Positions 6,117-17,460 of a DNA stretch of 64,000 nt are shown piece by piece. Source of the stretch: a virus; IMG/VR virus record IMGVR_UViG_3300046311_000263, positions 1 to 64,000 of that record. The stretch is one strand, 5' to 3'. Made by a program: the position numbers and the translations under genes. The first letter of the stretch is position 1; every line of letters begins with the position of its first letter. The notes under the pieces were generated by a model, which saw only the letters and a list, made by a program, of their open reading frames with translations, did not search any database and was not told the DNA's origin.

Positions 6117-6365
6117 ATGACAACTAAACCATTCCGAACCGTAGACTTAGATAAATTAAGTCAGTATTATGTTTTTTCTGAAAATGTAATACAGAAAACT
6201 CTATCTATTGCAGGTGAACAAGAGGTATCTCCAGAGGTCCTCCCGGATAGTTTGGTACCGACAAATTCTCTCTTGTATTTGTGTGTGTCTTATTGTATAA
6301 TGTACGACAAGCTATTAGAATATGAGCTTGTGGCTCACCCAAAACCCAACAAAACAATACATTAA
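6117..6365 (+). CDS. hypothetical protein
   Basis: 82-aa ORF; GGAG RBS lies in the tRNA-Thr acceptor strand. Confidence 0.65.
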   Translation: MTTKPFRTVDLDKLSQYYVFSENVIQKTLSIAGEQEVSPEVLPDSLVPTNSLLYLCVSYCIMYDKLLEYELVAHPKPNKTIH

Positions 6366-6373
6366 GGTAGTAA

Positions 6374-6736
6374 ATGACGACTTGGACCCCAGAACTTAAA
6401 AAAGAAATCGTAGAAGCTTATCTTACTTCGGATCCCACTGCGGAAACGAATGCAGAAATCATGAAGGACATTGCTGACAGTTACGAAGATATGACTCCTA
6501 ACGGTGTTCGTCAAGTACTGGTGCAGGCAAATGTCTATGTTAAGAAAGAAGTTGCAACAGGCACTACTGCAGGCAAGAAGACAGACGGAGAAGGCGCTAA
6601 GCGCGTATCCAAAGAATCTCAGCTAGAGACACTACGCGTGGCTATTAAGGCTCGCGGCAAGACTGTAGACGAAGAGATTGTGTCTAAGATGACCGGCAAG
6701 GCTGCTGCATATTTCGTTACCGTTCTAGGTAACTAA
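6374..6736 (+). CDS. T5 D3-like putative DNA-binding protein
   Basis: WT.E...Y...DPT.ET..EI..DIA....TPNGVR..L..A.VYVKK pattern; T5 synteny; TAAGG RBS. Confidence 0.6.
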   Translation: MTTWTPELKKEIVEAYLTSDPTAETNAEIMKDIADSYEDMTPNGVRQVLVQANVYVKKEVATGTTAGKKTDGEGAKRVSKESQLETLRVAIKARGKTVDEEIVSKMTGKAAAYFVTVLGN

Positions 6737-6743
6737 TAGATAC

Positions 6744-6768
6744 AGGCTGCCTATGTGCAGCCTTTTTT
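6744..6768 (+). terminator. intrinsic terminator
   Basis: AGGCTGC-loop-GCAGCCT followed by a T run. Confidence 0.7.
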
Positions 6769-6771
6769 GTT

Positions 6772-7360
6772 ATGGCAACACGTAAATCAAAAAACGGTGA
6801 CACCGAACGACTAGACGATGCCAGTATGGATCGTGTAATAGAACTACTTGCCAATAAAGGTACTAAGAAAGACGCCTGCGCAATACTAAATATTTCATAT
6901 AATACTACCAGGCTAGGTACCCTGATAGAGAAATACTTGGAGAAAAAGCGCAAAGACGCTGAAAAGCGTGCAGAACGTAGAGGTAAACCCGCTACGACTG
7001 CTGAAATTGTATTCGCCATTGAAGGCTATCTAGAAGGTCGTACTGTAGAGTCTATTGCAGATTCTCTTTATCGGGGCGCTACGTTTGTAAATAGCATTCT
7101 GAGAACTAACGGAGTACCTTTAAGAAGCGTGCCACAAGACTACTTCAAGCCTGGACTAGTTCCAGATGAAGCCTGTAGAGACTCTTTTAAAGTGGGAGAA
7201 AAAGTCTACAGCATGCGATATGATTCTCTGGCCGTAATTCGTAGTGAATTTAAACCTGGCATTTACTGTATTTACCTAATGTCTGATAGGCAAAAACAAT
7301 TTGCCTATCAAGAAGCTTGTGAACTAGCTTCTCTAGACCATCTTAGAAAGCTAGGCGTAA

Positions 7361-7368
<8 letters not shown>
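6772..7368 (+). CDS. putative HTH DNA-binding protein (T5-like early gene)
   Basis: TKKDACAILNISYNTTRL and VESIADSLYRG HTH-like segments. Confidence 0.6.
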
Positions 7369-8591
<1,223 letters not shown>

Positions 8592-8602
8592 AAAAAATAG
8601 AC

Positions 8603-8631
8603 TTGATTTATAAATGCTTTCGTATTATAAT
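8603..8631 (+). promoter_or_regulatory. sigma70-type promoter between the split ligase genes
   Basis: TTGATT-17bp-TATAAT with A-tract. Confidence 0.75.
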
Positions 8632-8637
8632 AATACC

Positions 8638-9423
8638 ATGACGACGCAAAAAGCAAACACAACATTTATCGACGAACCTACTGAATGCCCGGCATGTTCC
8701 TACACTCTAGATAAGGTCAAAGACCAATTATTCTGTAGGAATACTGCGTGCCCAGCTCAGATCAATAAAAAGATTGAACACTTTTGTAAAGTGTTAAGTA
8801 TTAAAGGTATGGGCCCAGTTACAGTTAAAAAACTGCAACTAAAAGAGCTCACAGAAGTGTACTATATTGATTGGGAAGAGGCCCGAAAGGTACTCGGAGA
8901 AAAAGTAGCGCTTAAACTGCAAGATGAAGTTCTAAAAAGTAGAAATGCTAGTTTGGAAACAGTGCTTGCAGCTATGTCTATTCCCTTATTTGGTGAAACT
9001 GCAGCAGCTAAGCTAAGTAAGGTAATTTCTAATATTCATGAAATTACTCCGGAAAAATGTAAAGAAGCAGGTCTAGGTGACAAAGTTACTGAAAACCTAA
9101 TGAATTGGATGAATACAGAAGGTAAGGAAATTATACCCTTTCTTCCATTTACATACCAAGTATCGAATAAAAGTAGTGCCTCAGAGAACTCTAAAACTGT
9201 GTGTATTACTGGAAAATTAAAGTCCTATAAGAAGAAGGCGGATGCTGAGGAAATTCTCAGAGCTGCTGGATTCCGTCTAGTAGACTCCGTTACAAAAACT
9301 ACGGATTATCTAGTTGATGAAGGCAATCTTGCATCTAGCAAACGACAAACCGCCGAAAAATACGGCATTACTATTATAACCGATCTAAATGATCTAATTG
9401 AAAGAAAAGCATTAAATGACTGA
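8638..9423 (+). CDS. ligB: NAD+-dependent DNA ligase subunit B (Zn finger, HhH, BRCT)
   Basis: CPAC...C.N..C Zn finger, IKGMG HhH, VCITG/SVTKTTDYLV BRCT; start moved to 8638 because 8614 lies within the promoter. Confidence 0.9.
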   Translation: MTTQKANTTFIDEPTECPACSYTLDKVKDQLFCRNTACPAQINKKIEHFCKVLSIKGMGPVTVKKLQLKELTEVYYIDWEEARKVLGEKVALKLQDEVLKSRNASLETVLAAMSIPLFGETAAAKLSKVISNIHEITPEKCKEAGLGDKVTENLMNWMNTEGKEIIPFLPFTYQVSNKSSASENSKTVCITGKLKSYKKKADAEEILRAAGFRLVDSVTKTTDYLVDEGNLASSKRQTAEKYGITIITDLNDLIERKALND

Positions 9424-10177
9424 AACTGTTAATAAGAAGTGGACTGATGAGACTGTTGCGACCCTAGTCGCTGGTGTAGGTACTGAGCGTCCGGTATCAG
9501 CCGCTATTGTAGAAAGCCTAGCTACAGCTATCGGTACTTCTGTACGTTCCGTTGCCGCTAAGCTGCGTCAAATGGACTACGAAGTAGCTTCTATGGCTAA
9601 GGAAAAGGTTCCTACCTTTAACGCTGAACAAAGTGACGAGCTTAAGGCTTTTGTTACCGAAAACAGCGGAACCTTTACCTATAAGGAAATTGCTGAGCAT
9701 TTTGCTCAAGGCGCTTTCAGTGCCAAGCAAGTTCAAGGTAAGTTACTGGCTATGGAACTAACTAGCCACGTAAAGCCCGCCGAAAAGGTGGAGGCTGCCC
9801 GTACCTATACGGAAGCCGAAGAAGTTAAGTTCCTGGCTATGGCATTGGGTGGTAGCTTCATCGAAGACATTGCTGCGGCTCTGGGCAAGGAAATTGCTAG
9901 CGTACGCGGCAAGGCTCTTTCTCTTACTCGTAGTGGTAAGCTAGAAAAGATTCCTTCGCAGAAGGAGAGCCATGCTAAGGACAACGTTGACCCTGTTGTG
10001 GCTCTTGGTGACGCTCTGTCAAAGATGACCGTGGCTGATATTGCCAAGGCAGTCGATAAGACCGAACGAGGTGTTCGTACTCTACTGACCCGTCGTGGTA
10101 TTAAGGTTGTAGATTATGATGGCGCTGCAAAGAAAGAAAAAGCGCTTGCAAATAAAGCAGCAACTGTTACTGCCTAA
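9416..10177 (+). CDS. D5: T5 D5-like DNA-binding transcription regulator
   Basis: Repeated HTH units (SVAAKLR, QVQGKLL, SVRGKALSL), LTRRGIKVVDYDG; synteny. Confidence 0.8.
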   Translation: MTETVNKKWTDETVATLVAGVGTERPVSAAIVESLATAIGTSVRSVAAKLRQMDYEVASMAKEKVPTFNAEQSDELKAFVTENSGTFTYKEIAEHFAQGAFSAKQVQGKLLAMELTSHVKPAEKVEAARTYTEAEEVKFLAMALGGSFIEDIAAALGKEIASVRGKALSLTRSGKLEKIPSQKESHAKDNVDPVVALGDALSKMTVADIAKAVDKTERGVRTLLTRRGIKVVDYDGAAKKEKALANKAATVTA

Positions 10178-10190
10178 TATTAGGTAATTT

Positions 10191-10222
10191 AAAAGGCCGG
10201 AGACTTACCCCTCCGGCCTTTT
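10191..10222 (+). terminator. intrinsic terminator
   Basis: AAAAGGCCGGAG-loop-CTCCGGCCTTTT. Confidence 0.85.
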
Positions 10223-10239
10223 AGCATTGGAGAATTATA

Positions 10240-10494
10240 ATGAGCACTAAATATACAAAGATACCCGTTGTTCTTAGTTTTGATTATAACGCTCCTATTG
10301 GCGAACTAATTATAGACACTTCACAGCTACCGAAAACAGCAGACTTCTGCTTATCAATAAGCTATAGAGCTGGAGTGGTATCTGTAGGATATCCTGATAC
10401 ATATGAAGAAATAATATGCATTTCTCCAGTTATGGATTTGGACTATATTAAATATTTGGATAATAAAAATGCATGTAACAATAAATTATCATGA
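10240..10494 (+). CDS. hypothetical protein
   Basis: GGAG RBS, 84 aa. Confidence 0.65.
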   Translation: MSTKYTKIPVVLSFDYNAPIGELIIDTSQLPKTADFCLSISYRAGVVSVGYPDTYEEIICISPVMDLDYIKYLDNKNACNNKLS

Positions 10495-10768
10495 CGATAC
10501 AATACTTACTGTTGAAGAGGCTGTAAAACTAGCCCACCAGACTTATGGCAAGTCAGCAAAAGTTCAGGTTCAACCTGACTCATTTGCGCCACACGACCTA
10601 ATATACTTCGGAATTCAGCAAGTAATTACTCATAGGCAGCTATCTATACTATATGACAGTAAGTATAGCTATCAACAAGACCTACAACTATTAAGAGCTG
10701 AAACTTTAAAGAAGTTAGAAGAACTTCTAGATGCAGTTATTATAGACAATGAAGGACGCGTAGCATAA
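10469..10768 (+). CDS. hypothetical protein
   Basis: 99 aa, TAATG-coupled to the helicase. Confidence 0.7.
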   Translation: MHVTINYHDDTILTVEEAVKLAHQTYGKSAKVQVQPDSFAPHDLIYFGIQQVITHRQLSILYDSKYSYQQDLQLLRAETLKKLEELLDAVIIDNEGRVA

Positions 10769-12150
10769 TGGACTGCAGTGCAGTTGTATTAAACAAGCTA
10801 CTGACTGAACGTGATCTAGAAATATGGAGTAAATTAAAGCTAGCGTTTGTAGACTCCTCTTATTCTAGCGTGTATAGTGCCATTTCTAAGCATTATGACC
10901 GCTACGGATTATTACCATCTTTCGAAGAGCTCGATCTAGAAGTTAGAGAAGGAGTAGCAAAAAATACTTTAGCTATTCTTAAACTAATAGACGAGCCCGA
11001 TATTAGTGCAGAAGTAGCTTTAGATGCATTAATTGATCAATATACACAGGATCAGACAGTACACTTATTAGATAAGTTTATTGATAAACTACCTTTGTAT
11101 GACACGCAGGAAATAAAAGACAACTTAGCCGATATAGTACTAAAGTTAGATGAGAAAACTCTAACTACTGAGGGTGTTTATAGCATGGCGGATATCATGC
11201 TGTTTAAGTCTCCAGACGATCTAAAGCGTGATAGAGTGTACCTTGGACTAAATAACGTATTTGACAGCGTACTAGGCGGTGTAGCTAGACAGGAACTAAT
11301 TCTTCTAGGTGGCCCGCGGGGAGCTGGTAAATCCATTACATCTAGTAATATATGTGCTAATCAGTATAGAAGTGGTAATACTGCTGTACTATTTACAATC
11401 GAAATGATTGCGCACGAAGTGTTAGAACGAAATCAAGCTATTTTAGCTGATGTGCCTTATATGGGACTAAAGCAGAATAACTTGTCTGAAGATGACCTAT
11501 TAAAGGTTATTAAGTCTAGAGCAGAAATGTTTCAGGACGCAGATGACTTAGTTCAAGAATATATATACTCGCGCGATAAGTTCAAGTTCGAATCTAGACT
11601 AGTACGAGAAAAATCTCTAAAACCAGATAATCAGATAATCATAATAGATGATAGAGCTTTGACTCTTACATCTATAGATCTACATTTAGGTAAGCTAAAG
11701 GCTAAATTCGGGGATAAACTTACAGTTTGCGTTGTTGACTACTTAAATCAGATAGTGCATGATGGTGGTGGTACAGATCAGTTTGACTGGAAACCTCAGA
11801 TAATTATATCTAAACGTCTTAAGGAGCTTGCTAGAAAACATGACGTAGTTATGTTTTCACCTTACCAGATAGATGCTTCAGGAGAGGCTAGATTCGCTAA
11901 AGGCATTCTAGACGCTGCGGATATTGCTATTGTTATGGAGTCTCACGAGAAAGAGGCTAAGGCTATGTCTTTCCATACGACTAAAATTCGTGGGGGTCCT
12001 CCTATTAGCTTTACCAGTCCAATTGATTGGGATACTTTAAATATATCCCCAATTTCTATCGACAAGCCAGAAAAAGCAGAAAAGAAAAGTGAGAAGAAAG
12101 AAAAAACTTCTCACAAAACAGGAGAAGGGGCTGTTGACGCTCCTTGGTAA
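10768..12150 (+). CDS. replicative DnaB-like helicase (T5 D6-like)
   Basis: Walker A GPRGAGKS, FTIEM, VVDYLN, SPYQ. Confidence 0.9.
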   Translation: MDCSAVVLNKLLTERDLEIWSKLKLAFVDSSYSSVYSAISKHYDRYGLLPSFEELDLEVREGVAKNTLAILKLIDEPDISAEVALDALIDQYTQDQTVHLLDKFIDKLPLYDTQEIKDNLADIVLKLDEKTLTTEGVYSMADIMLFKSPDDLKRDRVYLGLNNVFDSVLGGVARQELILLGGPRGAGKSITSSNICANQYRSGNTAVLFTIEMIAHEVLERNQAILADVPYMGLKQNNLSEDDLLKVIKSRAEMFQDADDLVQEYIYSRDKFKFESRLVREKSLKPDNQIIIIDDRALTLTSIDLHLGKLKAKFGDKLTVCVVDYLNQIVHDGGGTDQFDWKPQIIISKRLKELARKHDVVMFSPYQIDASGEARFAKGILDAADIAIVMESHEKEAKAMSFHTTKIRGGPPISFTSPIDWDTLNISPISIDKPEKAEKKSEKKEKTSHKTGEGAVDAPW

Positions 12151-12152
12151 TA

Positions 12153-13016
12153 ATGAGTGACGCGGTACTAAATCTATTAAATAATCAAAAATTAGCCTTT
12201 ACCGTCTCAGGTAGGGACTATCTAATACGGTGCTTAAACCCTAAGCATGACGATTCTAGTCCGTCCCTTAGAATTGATAAGCTTACAGGTATTGCGCACT
12301 GCTTTGCCTGCGGATGGAAAAGAAACCTATTCAGACACTATGGTATATTAACTACACCAATTCCTGTAAAAGTTTCTAAGCTAAAAGCCAAATTACTCGA
12401 GCTTGCTACAGTTTCGGAGGTCTCTTTACCAGAAGATTCTTACCCTTACACTAAAGTCTTTAGGGGTATATCCGTAAGTACTCTTAAAAAGTTTGAAGCT
12501 TTTTATACTACCGGAGAGGAAAAGCTAGAGGATAGAGTATGTTTTCCTATAAGAGATATTACTGGCAAATGTGTAGTACTGTTAGGTAGGCATGTACTTA
12601 GTAATGCTGAGAAGCGTTACGAGATATTTCCTTCTGGCAGGCCTGTACCCTGCTACCCTATGATATTTGAAGAAGCTACTACTAGCGCAGTTCTTGTAGA
12701 AGGCATATTTGATATGTTAAATCTATACGACAAAGGTATAAAAAATGTAGTTTGTTGTTTTGGAACTAATACTCTAAAAAAGGAAGCCAAGTATATGCTG
12801 CTTCCTTTAAAAGCTCAAGGTATTCATAAGCTATACCTAATGTTTGATGGGGATGACGCAGGCAGAAACTCTATGAAGGAGCTCACGCCTATTCTAGAAG
12901 ATTTAGGTTTCCAAGTGTATATTCTAGAGTTAGAAGACGAGCTAGACCCAGGAAACCTGAACCAGTCACAAGTAGACATATATAAAAAATACATACATGA
13001 AAATAGCAATAATTGA
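12153..13016 (+). CDS. DNA primase
   Basis: C..H.D..PS...C..C Zn-binding domain; TOPRIM VEGIFD and FDGDDAG. Confidence 0.92.
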   Translation: MSDAVLNLLNNQKLAFTVSGRDYLIRCLNPKHDDSSPSLRIDKLTGIAHCFACGWKRNLFRHYGILTTPIPVKVSKLKAKLLELATVSEVSLPEDSYPYTKVFRGISVSTLKKFEAFYTTGEEKLEDRVCFPIRDITGKCVVLLGRHVLSNAEKRYEIFPSGRPVPCYPMIFEEATTSAVLVEGIFDMLNLYDKGIKNVVCCFGTNTLKKEAKYMLLPLKAQGIHKLYLMFDGDDAGRNSMKELTPILEDLGFQVYILELEDELDPGNLNQSQVDIYKKYIHENSNN

Positions 13017-15288
13017 TAAAGCCCCTTCTAGAAATGACTATAGTAAATACTTTTCATTTAGTTACGAACACTTTCATATGTCCAGTGTTCCAGTACAAAA
13101 GCTACTTAAAAGGGATGTAGACTTAGAAATTGATTTAAGCTACTATGATCTAGTTATATTGGTAGGATCTGAAGCGGCTAAAGAGTACGCAAAAATTACT
13201 AGTGTTACAAATTATGCAGGGCAGTTAATTAAAGATAAATTTGTAGCTCTTACTAATCCAGCGGTGCTACTGTTTAAACCAGAAGGTAAACAAGACTTTG
13301 ATAGGGCAGTAGAACGAATTAACTTATATGTTTCTAACGGTATTAAACGTAATACTGCCGGAGACTTTAAAGGTATAGACAATAGAGAAGAAGCTAAAGC
13401 ATTCTTACTGGAAATTCTACACAGTGATGCCCCGGCAGTAGCAACAGATACTGAAACAACTGCACTTTACCCTAGGGATGGGCATATTTTAGGTATGTCT
13501 CTATCCTATAAAAAGGGTTATGGTAGATATATTTTATCAGATGTTTTAGACGACGAACTATTAGGTATATATCAAGAAATTGTTGATACCAAGGAAATTG
13601 TATTTCATAACCTGAAATTTGACTTCAAAATGATAGAATATCATTTTGGCATTAAATTTCGCAGAGACCATGTTCACGATACAATGGTTATGCACTACAT
13701 TCTAGACGAAAACGGATCACACGGTTTAAAGCCTTTGGCGCTTAAATACACGGAATACGGAGATTACGATGCGGATCTATCCGAATTTATTTCATCGTAC
13801 TGTTCTACCCATTCAATTCTTCGAGACGATTTTACTTGGGATTTAATTCCGTTTGAAATTATTTCCTTATACGCGGCTATAGACCCTACAGCTACTCTAG
13901 AACTTTATTATAAGTTCAGGCCTATTATAGATGGAAACGTAAAGTTTAGCTCGGTTTATTACAAGCTACTATTACCAGGTACTTTGTTTCTTAATGATAT
14001 GGAAGAAGTAGGTATACCTATTAGTATTAAGCGTATGAGAGTAGCCGATACCTATCTAGATAACGAGATTGATGCGGCTAGGTTAGCTATTTATGAGTTT
14101 CCTGAAATAGCTTTGTTTGAGCAAGAGCAAGGAGTGATCTTTAACCCTAACTCTGTTCAGCAGCTACGTAAGGTATTGTTTGACTATCTAAACCTTACTC
14201 CTACAGGTAAGCTAACAGCAACGGGGGCTATCTCTACTGACGCAGAAGTATTAGAACAGTTGAGTGAAGACCACCCTCTTCCGGCGGCTATTCTTAAAGT
14301 GCGTCAACTTACTAAGATTAAAAATACTTACATAAGTAAAATTCTGCCTCAGATAGATAGAGATGGTAGAATTCGTACAAACTTCAATCTTATATTTACT
14401 ACTTCTGGTAGACTGTCTAGTAGTGGTAAATTTAACGCGCAACAAATACCTAGAGACAATCCAATCATTAAGGGCTGTATCGTAGCCCCTGATGGGTATA
14501 AAATAGTCTCTCAGGACTTGCAAACAGGGGAGATGTATTACGCAGCTGTACTGAGCGGAGATAAAAATCTACAAAAAGTATTCGTGGATAAGGGTGGAGA
14601 CTTCCACAGCAGTATTGCTAAAATGGTATTTGATTTACCCTGCGAAGCTAAGGACGTTAAAGAACTATACCCAGACATGAGACAGTCTGCTAAAGCTATT
14701 TCTTTTGGTATTCTGTATGGATCGGGCCCACAAAAAGTAAGTGACACTGTTAGTAAAGCAACCGGTGAGTACTATGGTATTGATAGAGCTAAGGAAGATA
14801 TTAGCACTTATTTTACTAAATTCAATAAGTTAAAGAAGTGGCTAAAAGATAGAGAAAGTTTTATACGAGCTAATGGGTTTACATATTCCTTCTTTGGTCG
14901 TAAGCGTAGACTAATCAATGTATTTTCTTCTGATAAGGGTATTGCAGCACACGAAGTTCGCTCAGGAATTAACTCTGAAGTACAGTCTATTTGTTCCGAT
15001 GTTAACTTACTAGGAGCAATAGATACTGCTAACGCTATTAAGCATCTAGATGCTAAGATATTCATGTTAGTACACGACTCTATTGTCGCTATAGTTAAAG
15101 ATGAAGATGTTGAAGAGTATTGCGCTATACTTCGTAGAGAAACTCAAAAAGATCGAGGCTGCTCTATTCCGATGACTCCAATCGGAGTAGATCAAGAAGT
15201 AGGACAGGACTATTCATTTGGAAAATTTGACAAGTATTACAGCTTTGAGTCAGGTAGCTTATCCCGTATTCCTGTTGGGCCTAAGTAA
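12997..15288 (+). CDS. family A DNA polymerase with 3'-5' exonuclease
   Basis: DTETT, HNLKFD, TSGRLSS, RQSAKAISFGILYG, VHDS. Confidence 0.96.
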   Translation: MKIAIIDKAPSRNDYSKYFSFSYEHFHMSSVPVQKLLKRDVDLEIDLSYYDLVILVGSEAAKEYAKITSVTNYAGQLIKDKFVALTNPAVLLFKPEGKQDFDRAVERINLYVSNGIKRNTAGDFKGIDNREEAKAFLLEILHSDAPAVATDTETTALYPRDGHILGMSLSYKKGYGRYILSDVLDDELLGIYQEIVDTKEIVFHNLKFDFKMIEYHFGIKFRRDHVHDTMVMHYILDENGSHGLKPLALKYTEYGDYDADLSEFISSYCSTHSILRDDFTWDLIPFEIISLYAAIDPTATLELYYKFRPIIDGNVKFSSVYYKLLLPGTLFLNDMEEVGIPISIKRMRVADTYLDNEIDAARLAIYEFPEIALFEQEQGVIFNPNSVQQLRKVLFDYLNLTPTGKLTATGAISTDAEVLEQLSEDHPLPAAILKVRQLTKIKNTYISKILPQIDRDGRIRTNFNLIFTTSGRLSSSGKFNAQQIPRDNPIIKGCIVAPDGYKIVSQDLQTGEMYYAAVLSGDKNLQKVFVDKGGDFHSSIAKMVFDLPCEAKDVKELYPDMRQSAKAISFGILYGSGPQKVSDTVSKATGEYYGIDRAKEDISTYFTKFNKLKKWLKDRESFIRANGFTYSFFGRKRRLINVFSSDKGIAAHEVRSGINSEVQSICSDVNLLGAIDTANAIKHLDAKIFMLVHDSIVAIVKDEDVEEYCAILRRETQKDRGCSIPMTPIGVDQEVGQDYSFGKFDKYYSFESGSLSRIPVGPK

Positions 15289-15766
15289 ACCACTTACAGT
15301 AGATAAAGTAACTTTTTATGCTACAATACACGAAGAAGACGGGAAAACAATAACTAATATAGTTATTGTTGATGACAAAAATATAGAGGGGGACACTCTC
15401 GGACTTAGAAGGGTGTCCCTTCTACGCGACGGAGTACGCATGCGTAGATTAAGTAAAGCTATATTTTTTTTAGGCGACATGATTAAATTGGCTACTAGTA
15501 AAACCTGGTTTATAGATAATAATGGGATGGTTTTTAACTACAAGAAAACTCAGTCCGCTAAGCTAAACTTTAAACGAATTAGTAAAGTAATTCCTATTTC
15601 TACAGGTGGTGCCTTATTAGAATTGGAAGGTTCTACTGCCAGGTATAAATCGCTCTATGCGCCAACACCCCAAGAGAAATACGCCGGAATTCTAACAATA
15701 GGAGCAATGTCTATATTGTACGGCGTTTACGACACTAAGTATGATAACACCACTAGACGAATATGA
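15218..15766 (+). CDS. conserved T5-like hypothetical protein downstream of the polymerase
   Basis: DDKNIEGDTLGLRR motif; synteny; start uncertain. Confidence 0.7.
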   Translation: MENLTSITALSQVAYPVFLLGLSKPLTVDKVTFYATIHEEDGKTITNIVIVDDKNIEGDTLGLRRVSLLRDGVRMRRLSKAIFFLGDMIKLATSKTWFIDNNGMVFNYKKTQSAKLNFKRISKVIPISTGGALLELEGSTARYKSLYAPTPQEKYAGILTIGAMSILYGVYDTKYDNTTRRI

Positions 15767-16113
15767 AACTAATTGTAGCAGGTAGTAGAACTATTACCGA
15801 TGAAGAATACGTACATAGATTAATTTATTTATGGGATTCTACCGTTGCTCCTATAACTGAGATAGTATCGGGTGGAGCTGCGGGAGTGGATCGTTTAGGA
15901 GAATCCTACGCTAAAGCTTTCGGTGTACCTTTAGTAGTAATGCCTGCTGAATGGGCTAAGTATGGTAGAAAAGCTGGAATAATGCGTAATCTGGATATGG
16001 CTAGATATGCGGACGGCTTACTAGCTGTATGGGATGGCACTAGTAAAGGTACCGGCAACATGATTGATACTGCTAGACGTATGGGCCTTATAACTAGAGC
16101 AAATATATATTGA
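15763..16113 (+). CDS. SLOG-superfamily protein (DUF2493/YspA-like)
   Basis: IVAGSR, VSGGAAGVD, AGIMRN, WDGTSKGT. Confidence 0.85.
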   Translation: MKLIVAGSRTITDEEYVHRLIYLWDSTVAPITEIVSGGAAGVDRLGESYAKAFGVPLVVMPAEWAKYGRKAGIMRNLDMARYADGLLAVWDGTSKGTGNMIDTARRMGLITRANIY

Positions 16114-17402
16114 AAGCCGTAATATCAAATAGAATCTACTTAGGTAAGCCTAAGGAAGGTTTCGATTCTATAAAACAAGCCCTTACATATAAATTAGAGC
16201 AAAAGTATGGTTCGCAAGGTAGTGTAAAAAAGCATATAGAAATTATACGTAATTACACTAGTTTTCCTAGAGATGTGTTAAGTATACCGCAAGGTAGACT
16301 TGATCTTATTCCTGAAGACTATGAAATTGTTGACAAAAGAGTTACTAATTCTATGCCTTTTCCGACTCCGCGGCTACAGCTACGAGATGACCAAAAGCTA
16401 GTATTTGATGAGCTGGAAGACACCTGCTTTATAAATGCGTTACCTGGTTGGGGTAAGACATTTATAGCGTTATACGCAGCAATGAAACTAGGTCAGAAAA
16501 CGCTTATCATAACGCATAATACATTTCTACGAGATCAGTGGATAAGCGAAGTAGAAAAGCTATTTGGTATGCAGGCAGGTATAATAGGCTCTAGTAGTTA
16601 CGATATAGATCACGTTATTGTAGTGGCTAATATTCAGACATTTACTAAGTATGCACAAGAGTTAAGCAAAGAGTTTGGCACTGTAATAATGGATGAGGCT
16701 CACCACTGCCCTGCTTCTACATTTACTACAGCTATAGATATAATGCATGCTAGATATCGTATAGGATTAAGTGGTACAATGAAACGAAAAGACGGCAAAC
16801 ATATAATGTTTGCTGATTACTTTGGAAATAAAGTATTTGTGCCTCCTCAAAATAATACAGTAAATCCTACTGTCAAACTACTACGTACAGGAGTATCCTT
16901 AACTCCAGGAGCTGTATGGGCCAAAAAGATAAATAATCTACTTTACGATCCAGATTACCAAGAATACGTAGCTATTATAGCTAAAACGCAGGCTGCTATG
17001 GGACATAAAGTACTAGTAGTAGCCGATAGAACAGAATTTTTACAGAATATAAAGGATATTATAGGTGAAAAATGTGTGCTGGCTATTGGCGAAACCTCAC
17101 TTGAGGAACGTAACGGAATCGAATCAAAACTTGAAAGTGGCAAAGCTTCCATCGTTGCTGGTTCGAGACAAATATTCTCGGAAGGTATCTCAGTAAATAT
17201 TCTTAGCTGTCTAATTTTAGCTACTCCTATATCTAACGAGGCGCTATTAGAACAATTAGCCGGACGTATTATGAGAAGGCACCCTAATAAATTAGACCCT
17301 ATTATTATAGACCTACAGTTTTCTGGCCCCGCAGACAAGAAACAGAATAATGTTCGTCTGGGTCTTTATATGGATAAAGGCTGGGAAGTAGTTAGCATAT
17401 AA
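16110..17402 (+). CDS. D10: SF2 helicase (T5 D10-like)
   Basis: PGWGKT, DEAHH, SGT, QLAGRIMR. Confidence 0.9.
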   Translation: MKAVISNRIYLGKPKEGFDSIKQALTYKLEQKYGSQGSVKKHIEIIRNYTSFPRDVLSIPQGRLDLIPEDYEIVDKRVTNSMPFPTPRLQLRDDQKLVFDELEDTCFINALPGWGKTFIALYAAMKLGQKTLIITHNTFLRDQWISEVEKLFGMQAGIIGSSSYDIDHVIVVANIQTFTKYAQELSKEFGTVIMDEAHHCPASTFTTAIDIMHARYRIGLSGTMKRKDGKHIMFADYFGNKVFVPPQNNTVNPTVKLLRTGVSLTPGAVWAKKINNLLYDPDYQEYVAIIAKTQAAMGHKVLVVADRTEFLQNIKDIIGEKCVLAIGETSLEERNGIESKLESGKASIVAGSRQIFSEGISVNILSCLILATPISNEALLEQLAGRIMRRHPNKLDPIIIDLQFSGPADKKQNNVRLGLYMDKGWEVVSI

Positions 17403-17411
17403 AATTTATAC

Positions 17412-17440
17412 TTGCATATGCAAGTTGTAAATGGTATAAT
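17412..17440 (+). promoter_or_regulatory. sigma70-type promoter
   Basis: TTGCAT-17bp-TATAAT with extended -10 TG. Confidence 0.75.
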
Positions 17441-17460
17441 AAATGTTCGATGAGGCAGTT

